Assembly: GCA_964016885.1 (NCBI GenBank)
Contig: OZ024746.1
Coordinates: forward strand, 20,770,001 to 20,834,000
Source: Eledone cirrhosa
Lineage: Eukaryota
DNA length: 64,000 nt
Reading direction: 5' to 3'
A program made the translations under genes and the position numbers. This document shows positions 24,766 through 37,178 of the stretch, piece after piece. The notes beneath the pieces are model-generated. The model had not been told where the DNA came from. It searched no databases and worked only from the letters and a program-made list of their open reading frames with translations. Every line of letters begins with the position of its first letter. The stretch's first letter is position 1.

Positions 24766-27700
24766 ATGGCTGTGCTAAGAGTAGGGTGTCTAAATGCGCG
24801 TGGCCTGGGCTCGTCTTGGAAGCAAGCAATGCTTCTAAATGACCTCAGGTCACAATCTATAAATGTGATGGTTATCTGCGAGGCCCGGATCAGCAGCATG
24901 CGACAGCTAGCCCCCACCTTTGACGACTTTGAGATGCACGCATCTCTCTGTCAGCCCGGAGGTGGGGGTGGGGTTGTCGTTCTGCTGCAAAAACATATGG
25001 GCCTTGCAACACAGATAGTTCACTTGGACCCAGGGGGTCGACTGGTGGTGCTGGACCTTGGCAGTGGTGAAGGTAGAGCCTTTAGGCTGATAGCCGCATA
25101 TGCCCCTTTTGGGACAGAGCGGCCCGACTTTTTCCAGCGTCTGGAGTCTTTTCTAGGGACGTCCCGTTCCCTGCTTTTAGTGGGGGATTGGAATGGTATC
25201 CTGGATGCACGTTGGGACTATGCAGGGGCATGTCCCGATAGAGAGGGGTGCAACAGCCTCAAGGGGTTACTCGGCCGATTTGACCTGGCCGATAGATTTC
25301 GACTAGATTTTCCGACGGTGCCAACCTGGTCTTGGTCAAATCGCAGCGGATCATCTAGATCGTACCTAGATAGATTTTTAGTTAGAAATAAGGACAGGGA
25401 CTTTTTAAGCTGTCCAGAAATGCTCATGGTTGGCTATTCAGACCACAAGTTGGTGACCTGCATGGTCAACCTTGATAGAACGCATAGACAGGGCCCCGGT
25501 TACTGGAAGCTCAACTTGTCCTTGCCGGCAAGTAGAGCCTACAGGAATCGGATTAGTACGTTAGTTAAGGAACGGTTGACTGGAGCGATCGTCAACAGCA
25601 GGTGGTGGGTATCTCTAAAGAGAGAGATTAGAGTAGTCTCGATTGAATTTAGTAAGGTTATAGCTGCGGATAGGAATAGGAAGGAAAGGGAGCTAATAGA
25701 TAGAGTAGAAGAGGCAATTAGAAGCGGCGACGTGGCCAGAGTGCTAGCGTCAAGAACGGCTTTGAGCCAGTTTTTCGACGCGAAGCACGAAGGTTGCGTT
25801 GTCCGAAGTAAAATACGTGCTCTAGGGAACGAGGGTACCAAAGCTGTTAGCTGGGCCCGCGTGACAGAGGCCAACAGTGGAACTAAATCCACCATCCGGT
25901 CTTTGCGAGACCTGGATGGACGGGCGATTCTTGAGCCTAAGCAGATGTGTGAGGCCTTTCAAAGGCACTTTGCCCGACTGTTCGGGAGGGGCGGGGAGCC
26001 GGTTGGGAACGTGGACTTCGGTCCATACCTCGACGGCCTGCCGCGCCTCTCGGACAGGGAGGCGAAGTCCTGCGAGGAGCCGATTTCGGCCGCTGAGATA
26101 GAGGACGTGCTGAGCCAATGCGGCAAACGCAAATCCCCGGGTCTCGATGGTCTTCCTTACGAATTATATCTAGCTATGCCGGACTTGTTCCCCGATCTCC
26201 TCGAGGCGGTCTACTGCAACTGGCAACAGAACGGGAGAATTCCCTGTACTGTGACCAAGGGAGTAGTCATGCTAGTGAGGAAGGACGAGAACAAGGGGGA
26301 CGAAATAAGTAACTTCAGGCCCATAACTCTGCTAAATACAGAGTTACAGATTTTGGCCAAGGTGCTAGCAAAGAGGTTGGCGCTTGTCGTGGGCAACCTG
26401 GTGGGAGATGCGCAGACATGCGCTATCCCGTCCAGGTCCATCCATGACAACCTCCACCTCATGCGATACATCATAGAGAGGGTTGGGAACGAACCTGGCT
26501 TTGGTGGGGCTCTGATCAACTTGGATCAATCTAAGGCGTTCGATAGGGTCGACCATGGTTACCTGGATGCGGTGCTAGCGGCGACAGGCTTCGGACCCGT
26601 TTTCAGGGGATGGATCACTGCTATGCACAGCAGCCGCATCTGCTCTAGGGTCAAGGTGAACGGCTACCTCTCGGAGCCGTTCAAAATCGCGCGGTCCATC
26701 CGACAAGGGTGCCCTCTCTCCTCCCTTCTGTATGTGTTGACTCTCGAGCCACTACTGCGGAAGTTGGAGTTGTTGCAGGGCATCCCTTTGGAACCGGGAT
26801 TGCGGAAAGCGGTGTCAGCCTACGCCGATGATGTGACAGTAATGGTGTCGACGGCCTCCGAAATCGAGGCGGGTGGCACCTTACTGGAGGAGTACGAAAA
26901 GTTCACAGGGGCTAAGCTGAACCGGGACAAGTCGATCGGTTTGCAACTCGGCACGTGGAGGGGCAGACCGATGCCCTCCGATGGCGTCGTCGGACGCTGG
27001 ACGGAGGGCCCGGTGAAGTTGCTCGGGGTCTGGTTCGGACCGGACCTCCAGGTGGAGAAAAACTGGGCGGAGGTTACGAACAGGGTGTTTGCACTGACCC
27101 AGAAGTGGGCCAGTTGCAAACTATCCCTGAAAGGTCGGGCGGAGGTGGCGAACACTTATATAGCGTCCGTCATCTACTACCGCCTGACCGTAGTGCCCTG
27201 CCCAAGGGAAACCCTCACCAAGATGGAGCGCGCGCTCTTCCAATTCCTTTGGAAGAGGCGGGCTCCTATGGTGAGGAGATCCATCTGCTGTCAACACCCT
27301 TCGAAAGGAGGGCTGGGGATGCCGTGGCTAATGATGCGTAAACACGCATTAAGGCTACGGCACCTCTACGTATTCCTCACCGGACAACCGGTGTGGGCCT
27401 CGTTTGTGAGACGAACCTTTCCCAGACTCGTCTCACTCACCGAGCTGCAATCCTGGGTCAAGCAAAGACCGAGAAAACTGGGCGCCTGGCACACTGAGTG
27501 TGCCCAGGCGCTCACCGCCCTCTGGCAGGCGGATCCGGTTATCAGTGGAGACTCCACCGCAACATTCTATAGAGGGCTGGTACGCAGCAGGTGCGACGAC
27601 GCCCTCGGAGAAGCCCTAGACATGGAGGAGGACGAACTGGCCAGCCTGTTCGGTAGGACATTCAGCCCGGGACCTATGGACAACTTCCAGAAGTCCCTGG

Positions 27701-28203
27701 CCTGGCAGTGCTACCGAGGGGCTTTACCCGTTCGAGAAAGGCTCTACAGACACGGGCGTCTGGGTAGGGACCCCGCCAAAAAGACCTGTCCCAGATGCGT
27801 GTGCGACGAGGAAACCGTTGCACACGCATTGGTACACTGCTCGGGCGTAGCCGATCTGTGGGGCTATGTCGAACAACTGCTGTCAAGGGTGGGACCGATC
27901 CGGTTGACCACCGAGTCTATTGTAATGATCAAGCCGCCTCCCCCCTTCAAAGATGAAGCAGAGGCGGTGTTTCTGTGCGTAATAGCCATGGCGAAAGAGG
28001 TTGTATGGTGGACGCGTCTGAAAGGACTGAGGTCAGGCACCTTTCTCTCTGGCCAACAACTGGTCCGTTTCTTCCGATATCATTTCGGAAGAAGGATCAG
28101 GATGGAGAGAGAGGTGCTGCACCCCAGTCGTTTTTATGAAAGGTGGGTGAAAGTGGCGAGAATGGCCCGTGTGAATGGGCCTTCTCTTTACATAAGCCTG
28201 TAG
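24766..28203 (+). CDS. Tx1 ORF2: APE endonuclease, reverse transcriptase, C-terminal zinc finger (open frame, 1145 aa from ATG 24766)
   Basis: LNARGL, GDWN, LDRF, SDH (APE); GPGYWKLN, SPGLDGLP, NFRPITLLN, DQSKAFDRV, QGCPLS, YADD (RT); CPRC...ETVAHALVHC (zinc finger). Confidence 0.95.
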   Translation: MAVLRVGCLNARGLGSSWKQAMLLNDLRSQSINVMVICEARISSMRQLAPTFDDFEMHASLCQPGGGGGVVVLLQKHMGLATQIVHLDPGGRLVVLDLGSGEGRAFRLIAAYAPFGTERPDFFQRLESFLGTSRSLLLVGDWNGILDARWDYAGACPDREGCNSLKGLLGRFDLADRFRLDFPTVPTWSWSNRSGSSRSYLDRFLVRNKDRDFLSCPEMLMVGYSDHKLVTCMVNLDRTHRQGPGYWKLNLSLPASRAYRNRISTLVKERLTGAIVNSRWWVSLKREIRVVSIEFSKVIAADRNRKERELIDRVEEAIRSGDVARVLASRTALSQFFDAKHEGCVVRSKIRALGNEGTKAVSWARVTEANSGTKSTIRSLRDLDGRAILEPKQMCEAFQRHFARLFGRGGEPVGNVDFGPYLDGLPRLSDREAKSCEEPISAAEIEDVLSQCGKRKSPGLDGLPYELYLAMPDLFPDLLEAVYCNWQQNGRIPCTVTKGVVMLVRKDENKGDEISNFRPITLLNTELQILAKVLAKRLALVVGNLVGDAQTCAIPSRSIHDNLHLMRYIIERVGNEPGFGGALINLDQSKAFDRVDHGYLDAVLAATGFGPVFRGWITAMHSSRICSRVKVNGYLSEPFKIARSIRQGCPLSSLLYVLTLEPLLRKLELLQGIPLEPGLRKAVSAYADDVTVMVSTASEIEAGGTLLEEYEKFTGAKLNRDKSIGLQLGTWRGRPMPSDGVVGRWTEGPVKLLGVWFGPDLQVEKNWAEVTNRVFALTQKWASCKLSLKGRAEVANTYIASVIYYRLTVVPCPRETLTKMERALFQFLWKRRAPMVRRSICCQHPSKGGLGMPWLMMRKHALRLRHLYVFLTGQPVWASFVRRTFPRLVSLTELQSWVKQRPRKLGAWHTECAQALTALWQADPVISGDSTATFYRGLVRSRCDDALGEALDMEEDELASLFGRTFSPGPMDNFQKSLAWQCYRGALPVRERLYRHGRLGRDPAKKTCPRCVCDEETVAHALVHCSGVADLWGYVEQLLSRVGPIRLTTESIVMIKPPPPFKDEAEAVFLCVIAMAKEVVWWTRLKGLRSGTFLSGQQLVRFFRYHFGRRIRMEREVLHPSRFYERWVKVARMARVNGPSLYISL

Positions 28204-28458
28204 GTGGAAAAGAGGAAGGAACGAGGGAGCACTGCTCCTGAGGAAAAGGGTTGCACACTTTTTTTCGGGGGTGTGTGCGACCCCCCAAGGCGCCTCCTCT
28301 CTATTGAGGATTTTGTTATAAATTTTATTTTTTGTTATATCTTATTTTATTTTTATATTTTGTTATTGCCTCCTCCTTATTGAGGACGCCTTTTTGTGTA
28401 AACTCCCCCCTTTGTACTTGTCCCACTTTTGATGCCCTAGTGGCAAATAAAAGAAACA

Positions 28459-28507
<49 letters not shown>

Positions 28508-28551
28508 CTCTATCTCTCTCTCTCTCTTTCTCTCTATATATATATATATAT

Positions 28552-28945
28552 ATTTCGTTTCTGAATTTGTTTAGCAAGATTCTTTATCTGAAAACGTGTG
28601 TTGAAACCAAAATTGTTATACTTTAAAAATTAATTATAAATTAAAATTTCTTTTTATAAATTTCCGCTTGGTTGGTTCCACAACTGGACGGTTGTTCATA
28701 TATTGTCAAAGTTCTTTCGTCACACATTCTGTGACCTCATCAGTGATCGGGGATTATTTTCATTGTTTCGTGCCTCTCCTTTGTCATTTTGTCTTTGTAT
28801 GTGTTGGGTGCTTAGTTTGCGCATGTGTTACATCCGGGTATCCGTGTGTGTTTTTATTTGTTTATTTACATGTTACTAGTTGGTTGTTTGTTCTATGTGT
28901 GTGTGTTTTCATTTTGTCCTTAATTGTAAGTTGTCCTTAATTGTA
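28552..28945 (-). mobile_element. PLE-like fragment (family R) with hammerhead at 28706-28746
   Basis: Minus strand TCA-CTGATGA-G-GTCACA-GAATG-TGTGAC-GAA-AG-AA-CT-T-TGA. Related segments at 45905-46230 and 11555-11630. Confidence 0.65.
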
Positions 28946-28962
28946 ATATATATATATATATA

Positions 28963-29301
28963 TTAGAAAGTGAGGTTTTTTTTACAAAATGAAAAATAAC
29001 CGAGGTATCCTACACGAGTGAAAGTATAAAGAAAAAAAGATGAAATCGAAAATGCAACTGGAGTCTTATTTAAAAAAATATATATATATTTATTTGGTTC
29101 CTTTACCGGTTTCGCAGTTCTTCTGCTTTTCAAAAGTAGAGTTGAGATGGAGGGTCTGTGGTTTTTCTCACATCTGGTTGGTCTCTGAATTTTACTTGTT
29201 TTATATGGAAAAAAGTGGCTCGAATGCCAGGTCTTTAGAGAAGTAATTTGATTGGTTGGTCAATAATTATAATAAATTTCGCGCCAGTTCGAGTTACAAA
29301 G

Positions 29302-29302
<1 letters not shown>
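28963..29302 (-). mobile_element. PLE 3' fragment (family F)
   Basis: Reverse complement of about 14522-14735, including the TTGAAAA-GCAG...CTGC-GAAACCGGTA hammerhead. Confidence 0.8.
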
Positions 29303-29351
<49 letters not shown>

Positions 29352-29394
29352 TTGTAATATTTTCCATACCTTTGTAATATTTTCTATACCTTTC

Positions 29395-29457
<63 letters not shown>

Positions 29458-29481
29458 CTAGCTAAACTGGATATATATATA

Positions 29482-29512
29482 CTAGTTAAACTACCCGTCC
29501 TTTGGACGGTTC
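29482..29512 (-). mobile_element. Helitron 3' terminus
   Basis: Minus strand CCGTCC-AAA-GGACGG hairpin about 9 nt before CTAG-T. The extent of the element body is unclear. Confidence 0.55.
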
Positions 29513-30063
29513 AAGTAGCTTTCGATGTAGCTCATTAAACTAAACAAAGTAAATTTTAATACATAGAAGAAACACGATATAACACAATCGAATGTAAAAA
29601 TAAAGATTAATTGTAAAATGTATTTGAAGTACATGTAGCGGTAGAACGTTGGAAATGTACAGGGTATGTAAGTTAATAAAATCTATAACTGAACTCAGTA
29701 ATCCGTTAGAAATTGCTGGTTGTGAAATATACGAAATGATATTGTTATTTCTCTTTGTTTCAAGTAGAAAGAGTAAAATTAAAATCCGAATGAGCCGAAT
29801 TAAGAAATATAACTCTTGATTACGAAAGATAACTCTTGTCTTACTTAATCACGAAAATTCACACAAATAACCGAAACTTTCTTAATGTCTCCAAAGGCCC
29901 CAATATCGATTTTTGAAAGCCTTTGTAGATCATGTACAGCTTTTGTCTAAGGAGAAGCTCTGTAAAAAAATTCAAAGAAATCGCATGAATGGTTTAGAAT
30001 ATATGAGCCCTCATTTAAAAATGTCGACACACATATACACATACATACAGAAATTTTCAAATT

Positions 30064-30100
<37 letters not shown>

Positions 30101-30104
<4 letters not shown>

Positions 30105-30389
30105 CATTTAAAGTATATGATAAACACGAAATGTGTTTACATTGCAACAGACAAAGTTAGCTATTAATGAAATAAACTAATAAAAGTGAATACAATTTGT
30201 CTGTCTCGATCGAGACAGACAAATTGTATTCACTTTTATTAGTTTATTTCATTAATAGCTAACTTTGTCTGTTGCAATGTAAACACATTTCGTGTTTATC
30301 ATATACTTTAAATGTATTTAACTGCTCGGAAGAGCCCCTTCCTGGAGCTTAATTATTGTAAACGACTGAGAGTTTATTCTCAAAATATA

Positions 30390-30390
<1 letters not shown>
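30101..30390 (+). mobile_element. Perfect fold-back PLE insertion (family K) in (TA)n
   Basis: Spacerless palindrome about 30101-30318 centred on CGATCG (30207-30212). Tail with GCTC-GGAAG-AGCCC-CTTCC-TG-GAGC. Confidence 0.85.
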
Positions 30391-30449
<59 letters not shown>

Positions 30450-30453
<4 letters not shown>

Positions 30454-30990
30454 CAAGTTTTATGCACATGTCGCTTCTTTTAAACACTCCGATAAAAGAA
30501 CAGTAACGGCTCTCGCAAATAAGGTGTTGGAATTCAAGGATAAAAACATCCTGTACTCTATCGATTGGTCTATTTTAGACCATTCGAGGGAGTACCAAAG
30601 GGGCACAAAGAATTGTTCTTTGTGTACCACTGAAAAATTTAGGATTTTACAAATCTTCAAAGCCACCTCAACTTGCCTGAACTCCAAGACCGAGATCTTC
30701 AGATGTTGTCCTCACCTGAAATCACATCTGATTTATAACTGGATTGACTTCCTCCAATGACTCAACCACCTTGAACTTCTTCTCTGCTCTCTACGCCTTA
30801 CATCCACTACGATTTTTTAACCTTCTGAACTCACTTTCTGTACTATTATATTCTTTTTCTCCCTTATCTCCACTTATATTTAAACCTTTTCCGATGTATT
30901 TATTTTCCTTATTCCTCCCTACTTTCTACCTTACCCTTTACATATCCACCTTTTTTATTTTTCGATATTTATTTCTGTGTGTGTGTGTTG
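30450..30990 (+). mobile_element. PLE fragment encoding the GIY-YIG endonuclease C-terminal half (coding 30452-30760) plus T-rich 3' UTR
   Basis: TKFYAHVASFKHSDKRTVTALANKVLEFKDKNILYSIDWSIL...CSLCTTEKFRIL...LNSKTEIFRCCPH: the H..SF.H, W.IL, C.LC..EK, LN...E...C.H pattern of PLE endonucleases. Confidence 0.8.
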
Positions 30991-30991
30991 C

Positions 30992-31081
<90 letters not shown>

Positions 31082-31269
31082 ATGTATGTGTATATATAAT
31101 TATATATATCTGTATGTATATGTATGTGTGTATATAATTGTATTTTATATGCTTCTGTTGTATTTGTGTGTGTGTATTTTTATTAAGGTGGTGACGTAAC
31201 CTTTTGTAGATATGTATGGGTGTGTGTATATATGTATTTTTATATAGTTGTTTATGTGTGTATATATAT

Positions 31270-31322
31270 AATAGCCTCAGAAACGGCTCGAGCTCTGCCG
31301 TCGGGGTCATACTTTTTCCTAT
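31270..31322 (+). mobile_element. Short family E PLE arm
   Basis: GAAACGGCTCGAGCTCTGCCGTCGGGG...TTCC-TA(TA)n. Confidence 0.65.
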
Positions 31323-31381
31323 ATATATATATATATGTATATGTATGTATATGTATGTATATGTGTGTGTATTTGTATGGT

Positions 31382-31414
<33 letters not shown>

Positions 31415-31495
31415 GTGTATATATATATGTATGTGTATGTATATGCATAATTACATACAGTGATTTAATGCTTATTTTCATTGATCATTTGCTCC

Positions 31496-33385
31496 ATGGT
31501 ACTTTATTTTATCGACCACGTACGGATGAAAGGCAAAGTTAACCTCGGCGGGATTTGAACTCAGAACGTAAAGGGACGTAACTATGCTGCAAAGCATGGC
31601 GTCCAACCCTCTACCGATACTGCCAATCCACCACCATTTGCTCATAATAATGAGAGATAGGGAGAGCGCGAGAGACAAGGCAGTGACAGTGGGAGTTTGG
31701 TTCCTTTGTGTTCGGACCTGGTGTATATGTATATGTTCCAAGGACACACACTCATACTGTTATATATTTTTTCAATTTATACTTCTGAACTTTTATAGAC
31801 AGCTGTAACCACACTAGAGAAGGATTGACAGCTAAAACTGAAGAGACTCTGTTAGATGTACGCAAGTCATTTATGTAGATCACGTCGTGTGTATAAATGA
31901 AATGACTTGTATGTGGACATGTGTAAACATTTTAGTCGCCATAGACAGCACATTGTGTAAAATTTATGGTGGTATACTATGAAATTTGAACTGAACGCAT
32001 CTCATTATTTCTGCTTAGCTTGGTAAAATAAAGTACCAGTAATGTACTGGGTATTTGCTGGCCTTGTGCCTAACGTAGAAACAATTATTTCTGCTTAGCT
32101 TAGGGCGGTGAATTGGCAGAATTGGTAGAGGGTCGGACATGCTTTCCAGCATAGTTACGTCCTTTTACGATCTGAGTTCAAATCCCGCCGAGGTTAACTT
32201 TGTCTTTCACCCTTACGAGGTCGATAAAATAAAGTACCAGTAATGTACTGAGTAATTACACGCCTTGTGTCGAAAGTAGAAACAATTATTTCTGCTTAGC
32301 TTTGCCTTTCATCCTTACGGGGTCTATAAAATAAAGTACCAGTCACGCATTGGGGTCGATTTAATCGACTTTCCCCTCCCCCCAAATTGCTGGCCTTGTG
32401 CCTATATGCGAAACAATTATTTCTGCTTAGGGCGATCGATTGGCAGTATCGGTAGAGGGTCGGACGTTATGCTTTGCAGCATAGAGTTACGACCCTTAAC
32501 GTTCTGAGTTTAAATCCCCCCGAGGTTAACCTTGCCTTTCATCCTTACGGGGTCGATAAAATAAAGTACCAGTAATGCACTGGGATAATTGCTGGCTTTG
32601 TGCCAAAAGCAGAAACAATTATTTCTGCTTAACTTTAGTATGTTCTACTTGTCTACATATTTCCTTTTAAAGCAGCGGAATACTCTAAAAATCATTATTC
32701 TTCGAGGAGCGGCAGTTTAGAGCTCCACATTAATAAAATCAATGATTTCTATGTAGCACTTTTAAGTTCCCAAATCACAAAAGCCATTCTTTAGTATGGT
32801 AAATAATATTTATATTTATTGACAAAGTCCACTTCTGCGAATTGATAGATCACAGAGCTCTGATATTACGGACATGTAGTTAGAATGTCTATGTCTCGGG
32901 AAAGAATCACTGGAGAGATTTTACAGGCAAATCCAAGCGGCAGGAGACACAGAGGTAGACCCTCCCCCCTCCCCCCAAGAAAGATGGTTGGATAACATTC
33001 ATGAGCTCGATTGGGGATCCAGCCGGATCAGATAGAAACTGTTGCTTCTGACAGGATCCACTGGAAGGAGTGTTTGAGAACTCTTCCCCTCACAACTCTC
33101 CCAGGAATAAGTGGGCGAAGAAGAAGAAGAAGAAGAAGAAGAAGAAGAAGAAGAAGAAGAAGAAAGTTAATTTGTGAGTGAAATATTACCTCACTCCTAT
33201 ATTTTTGGCACAAGGCCAACACTTTTTGGGGAGGGGAAAGTCGATTAAAATGACTCTAGTGCATTACTGGTATTTCATTTTATCAACTCCGTAAGGATGA
33301 AAGGCAACCTCGGTGGGATTTGAACTTTGAACGTAAAGAGAAATAACTCTATGCCGCAAAGCATGTTTTCGAACGCTTCACCGAA
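31496..33385. mobile_element. Cluster of OK-like SINEs (31496-31634 -, 32025-32632 + tandem copies, 33199-33385 -)
   Basis: Repeated box A, box B, core and tail motifs. The tandem copies share an ATTATTTCTGCTTAG junction. Confidence 0.85.
32868..33163 (+). mobile_element. RTE-like LINE 3' fragment with (AAG)n tail
   Basis: GHVVRM...ILQANPSGRRHRGRP...RWLDNI remnant followed by AAG repeats at 33118-33163. Confidence 0.7.
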
Positions 33386-34515
33386 ACGCTTCACCGAAAC
33401 GTTTAATTAATGTTAATAAGCTGCAACATTAACACAGCATTATGAACTTTTTAAAAATCATTTAACATTACTTTTGTTAATATTTAAAGGTTAATTGAAG
33501 CAGATGAGATTTTTGAGGCCAATAAATGAGAACCATAATTGAAGTGAAGCCAGAAATCTTGAGGCACATACTGGAAATAAATCCATTAACTTCAACAATG
33601 ATGAATAAAATATCTATGCAAACATCATTTGTTACTACTCCAGCTGATTTAGATTTTTGTTTAGAATTTCGAGACTTTAGTCCAACGCAGAGTAATAAAA
33701 TAGAAAGATTTGAGCATTGTAAATTACATTTTTTCGAGTAGGCTTCTTTCAGAATTCGTATGAGAGGAAAATCTACAAGTGTATATTATCTGGAGAACGA
33801 ACAGAAGACAGTATTATATAGACTGTCTCAAATAGAGATAATAACGAGAGATATTTTGCTCACGCATTTCGATAATATTGCCAAGTTGAATTCGGTATAA
33901 AAATAAAAAAGCATGTGTACGCCATAGAATGTAGATGATTAGAAATAATAGCAATGATATAAAAAATATACTTGATTTGTAACCAAGCAAATTTCACATA
34001 CTTTTGTTACATATATTATTTTAGATATATATTTCTAGCTCTGAAAAAAAGCCATACAGTTATAGGGAAAGATTATGACGGTTGACCATGCAAGAGTACA
34101 CATATTAGCGGCACTCGTTTTACCAAGAGAATAATCCCGGTGAGATTTGAAGGCATATAATTTGTAATTATTCTGCGCACCTGTATTTAAGTCTTCAGTC
34201 AACGACAATCTATCTCTATATTCCCTTTGTCATATTAAACACTTTAGATGAATACTTCATCCTTCGAGCAATAATCACATTATAAAATGAATTACGAATT
34301 AAATGCACAAATGCTTTCAAACATAGTATCATGATTTTACAGTTATGAAAGATTTTTGACGTCTTTGTCAATGAAATAAGAGAAACGCTTAATCAAACAC
34401 TGAATAATAGCGGAAAACAAAAAATACCTGTACGATCTACTCTGGAAGTATAAAATCAGTGTTTTACACTGGATTACGTTGTTTTAAGAAGCTGTGTTAA
34501 GATTTTGTTAACATA

Positions 34516-36548
34516 CCGGTGAATTGGCAGAGTTGTTAGAACGTCGGTTAGATTGCTTTGTGGTATTCGTTTCGATTCTCTGCTCTATGTGATCAAATTC
34601 CGCCGAGGTCAACTTTGCCTTTCAAGGTCGATAAAAAAAGTACCAGTCTAGTACTGGAGTCGGTTCTTCCTTTATGCCTCTTTCTCACTTTTATTCTCTC
34701 ACTTTCTCTACCCTTCTCTAGAAGAAATCTGGTGTGTTCAAACCTGGTCTCCTTCAGGAGTTACACGACCTTACATACCTTAACATGCCACGGTCAACAT
34801 CCATAAAGTATCTGGTATTTAGTCATAATATTTAAGTGAAATGAGGCACGTGGAATAAAGTATATTGAGATTTTCTGAGTAATGATCATTAATAGCTAGT
34901 TAACATAAAAACAGATATTATCAGTTGCAAAGAGACTGAGATATAGTTCTGCTATGGCCGGTCTTAAAGAGGGGCTATGCATATATTAAAAAAAAAAGAA
35001 TATTAAGTGTAGGTAATACAAACCAATTTACAAGGGTTTCACTAGATTAACTTTCACGCGGAACCGTCATCAGTTTAAAGTAGTTATAATGGTTTTTGAT
35101 TTAGACACAAGGCCAACAATTTGAGAGGAGGGGAACGTTGAGTAGATCGTCCCCCAGTGCATTACTGGTACTTTATTTTATCGACCCTGTATGGATGAAA
35201 GGCAAAGCTAACTTCGGCGGGATTTGAACTTAGAACGTAAATAGTGTCTGACGCTCTACAAATAATACCAATCCACGGCAATTGACGGGATTATTATGAA
35301 AGATGAACGAAATAGAAAAAAAGAGAAAACAAATTAAGCCATGGGAGAAGAAAGAAAATAGTAGAACGAATTCCACGACGGAGGCAAAAACAAAACGAAC
35401 GAATATTTTTAATTACTAGACATATACTGTCCCTATTTATTAGATTTCATTATGAATGTATTTTAAAGAGCGGTGAATTGGCAGTATCGGTAGAGGGTCG
35501 GACGCCATGCTTTTCAGCATAGTTATATTCCTTTACGGTCTGAGTTAAAATCCCGCCGAGGTTAACTTTGCCTTTCATCCTAAAGTACCAGCAATGTACT
35601 GGTTAATTGCTAGCCTTGTGCCTAAAATAGAAACAATTATGAATGTATTTTAATGATAGTTTTTTTTTGCTTTTCTATCCTGAATTAATATTGCAAAATG
35701 TGTATATTCCATAACGTAATAAACATTTAAGAATAAAAGGTATTGAAAAAGCAATGATGAGGGAAAATATTTCAGGTGTTAGAATTATTATTAGGATAAT
35801 TTGGAAAATCGTTCAGCTTGTTTCATAAAAGAAAGAAAAAAATGGAATTTTACGAATAAGAGTTTTTGATTTAGATACAAGGTTCACAATTATGTTTTGG
35901 GGGAGGGGAAGTCGATTAAACCGACCCAGTACATTACAGGTGCTTTATTTTATCGATCCGTAAGGATGAAAGGCAAAGCTAACCTCGGCGGGATTTGAAT
36001 TCAGAACGTAAAGGGACATAACTTTATTCCACAAACCATGTTGTTCAATGCCATGAGAGATAAATGGTTTCTGATTTAGGCACAAAACCAACAATTTTTG
36101 CGTAGGGTAAAGTCAAATAAATCGACCCTAATACATTAGTGGTACTTATTTTAATGACCCTAACCTTGGTGGGATTCGAACTCAGAACGTAAAGAGTCGT
36201 AACTATATGCAGCAAAGCGATGAGAGCTAAATGCATGTATGCATGGTCCCGTAACTCCTGAGGCACTCGTAGTGACACCCCATTGAGATACGGAGCCCAA
36301 TTCTCTCCAGGTCTGAAAAGAACAGATTTCTTCCAGAGAAGGATAGGGAGAGTGAGAGAGAGGAAGTGAGAAAGAGATATAGAAGAAGAATCAACCTCGG
36401 TACTAGACTGGTTCTGTTTTTCAGCGACTTCGAATGGATAAAAGGCAAAGTTGACCTCGGTGGGATATAAAACCAGAGAGCAGAGAGTCGAAACGAATAT
36501 CTCAAAGCAATCTATCCAACTTTCTAACGACTCTGCATATTCGCCGCC
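34516..36548. mobile_element. Cluster of OK-like SINEs (34516-34745 +, 35088-35277 -, 35467-35640 +, 35862-36225 - two copies, 36300-36548 -)
   Basis: Shared SINE motifs. The first and last copies share an alternative CT-rich 3' tail and face each other. Confidence 0.8.
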
Positions 36549-37133
36549 TATATGAGAGCCCTATAAGAACACGAAAACATTTTACTTCGCAGCTTGCAAT
36601 CAACACTAGATACATAACATAGCAATGAAAAATTATTTGGTGTTCATCTAACGTTAATACTGATGAACATAATTTTAGTCGGAGATTATTATTTTAAAAT
36701 ATGTTGGCCGATCCTGTTGAATTGAATGTTAGTAAATTAGAGAACGTAATCTGTTGAAAAAGAGAAAAATTACACAAAACTGGAAGAATTAAAAGAAGCT
36801 TTATCATCGTCTGCTTCAATGAAAGTCGAAAGAAAATGATACGGATAATTTTCATTGGATCTATAATCGGATTAAGAAAACAAATAACGCCTGTGTTAGA
36901 TAGGATGTCGAAACAAAATTTTCATTTGCATTTTATTTACACAATGAAATCATAATTTTGATATATTGGTGAACATATAAATGATTGAATTCTTTAATCT
37001 CCGCAACTCAATCTATCAACCATTTCGTTTTATTTTCCAATCTTAGTTTTCTCTTCTTTCAATTTCTACTTCTAATGTAAACATATACATACATAAACAC
37101 ATACACACACTCTCTCTTATATACATACACACA

Positions 37134-37173
<40 letters not shown>

Positions 37174-37178
<5 letters not shown>

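Larger units (their letters stand above)
22674..28458 (+). mobile_element. Tx1-clade (L1 group) LINE, near full length, inserted in (TATC)n
   Basis: ORF1 with CCHC knuckle, ORF2 with APE-RT-Zn finger, 3' UTR with AATAAA. TATC arrays at 22592-22673 and 28459-28506. Confidence 0.93.

Noticed and set aside
17766-27886. Antisense and alternate-frame ORFs over the RTE and Tx1 elements
   Set aside because: Shadow frames of the retrotransposon coding sequence.
35025-35078. Minus-strand CTGATGA...GAAAC-CCTT-GTA hammerhead candidate
   Set aside because: No convincing stem I and an ambiguous stem II.
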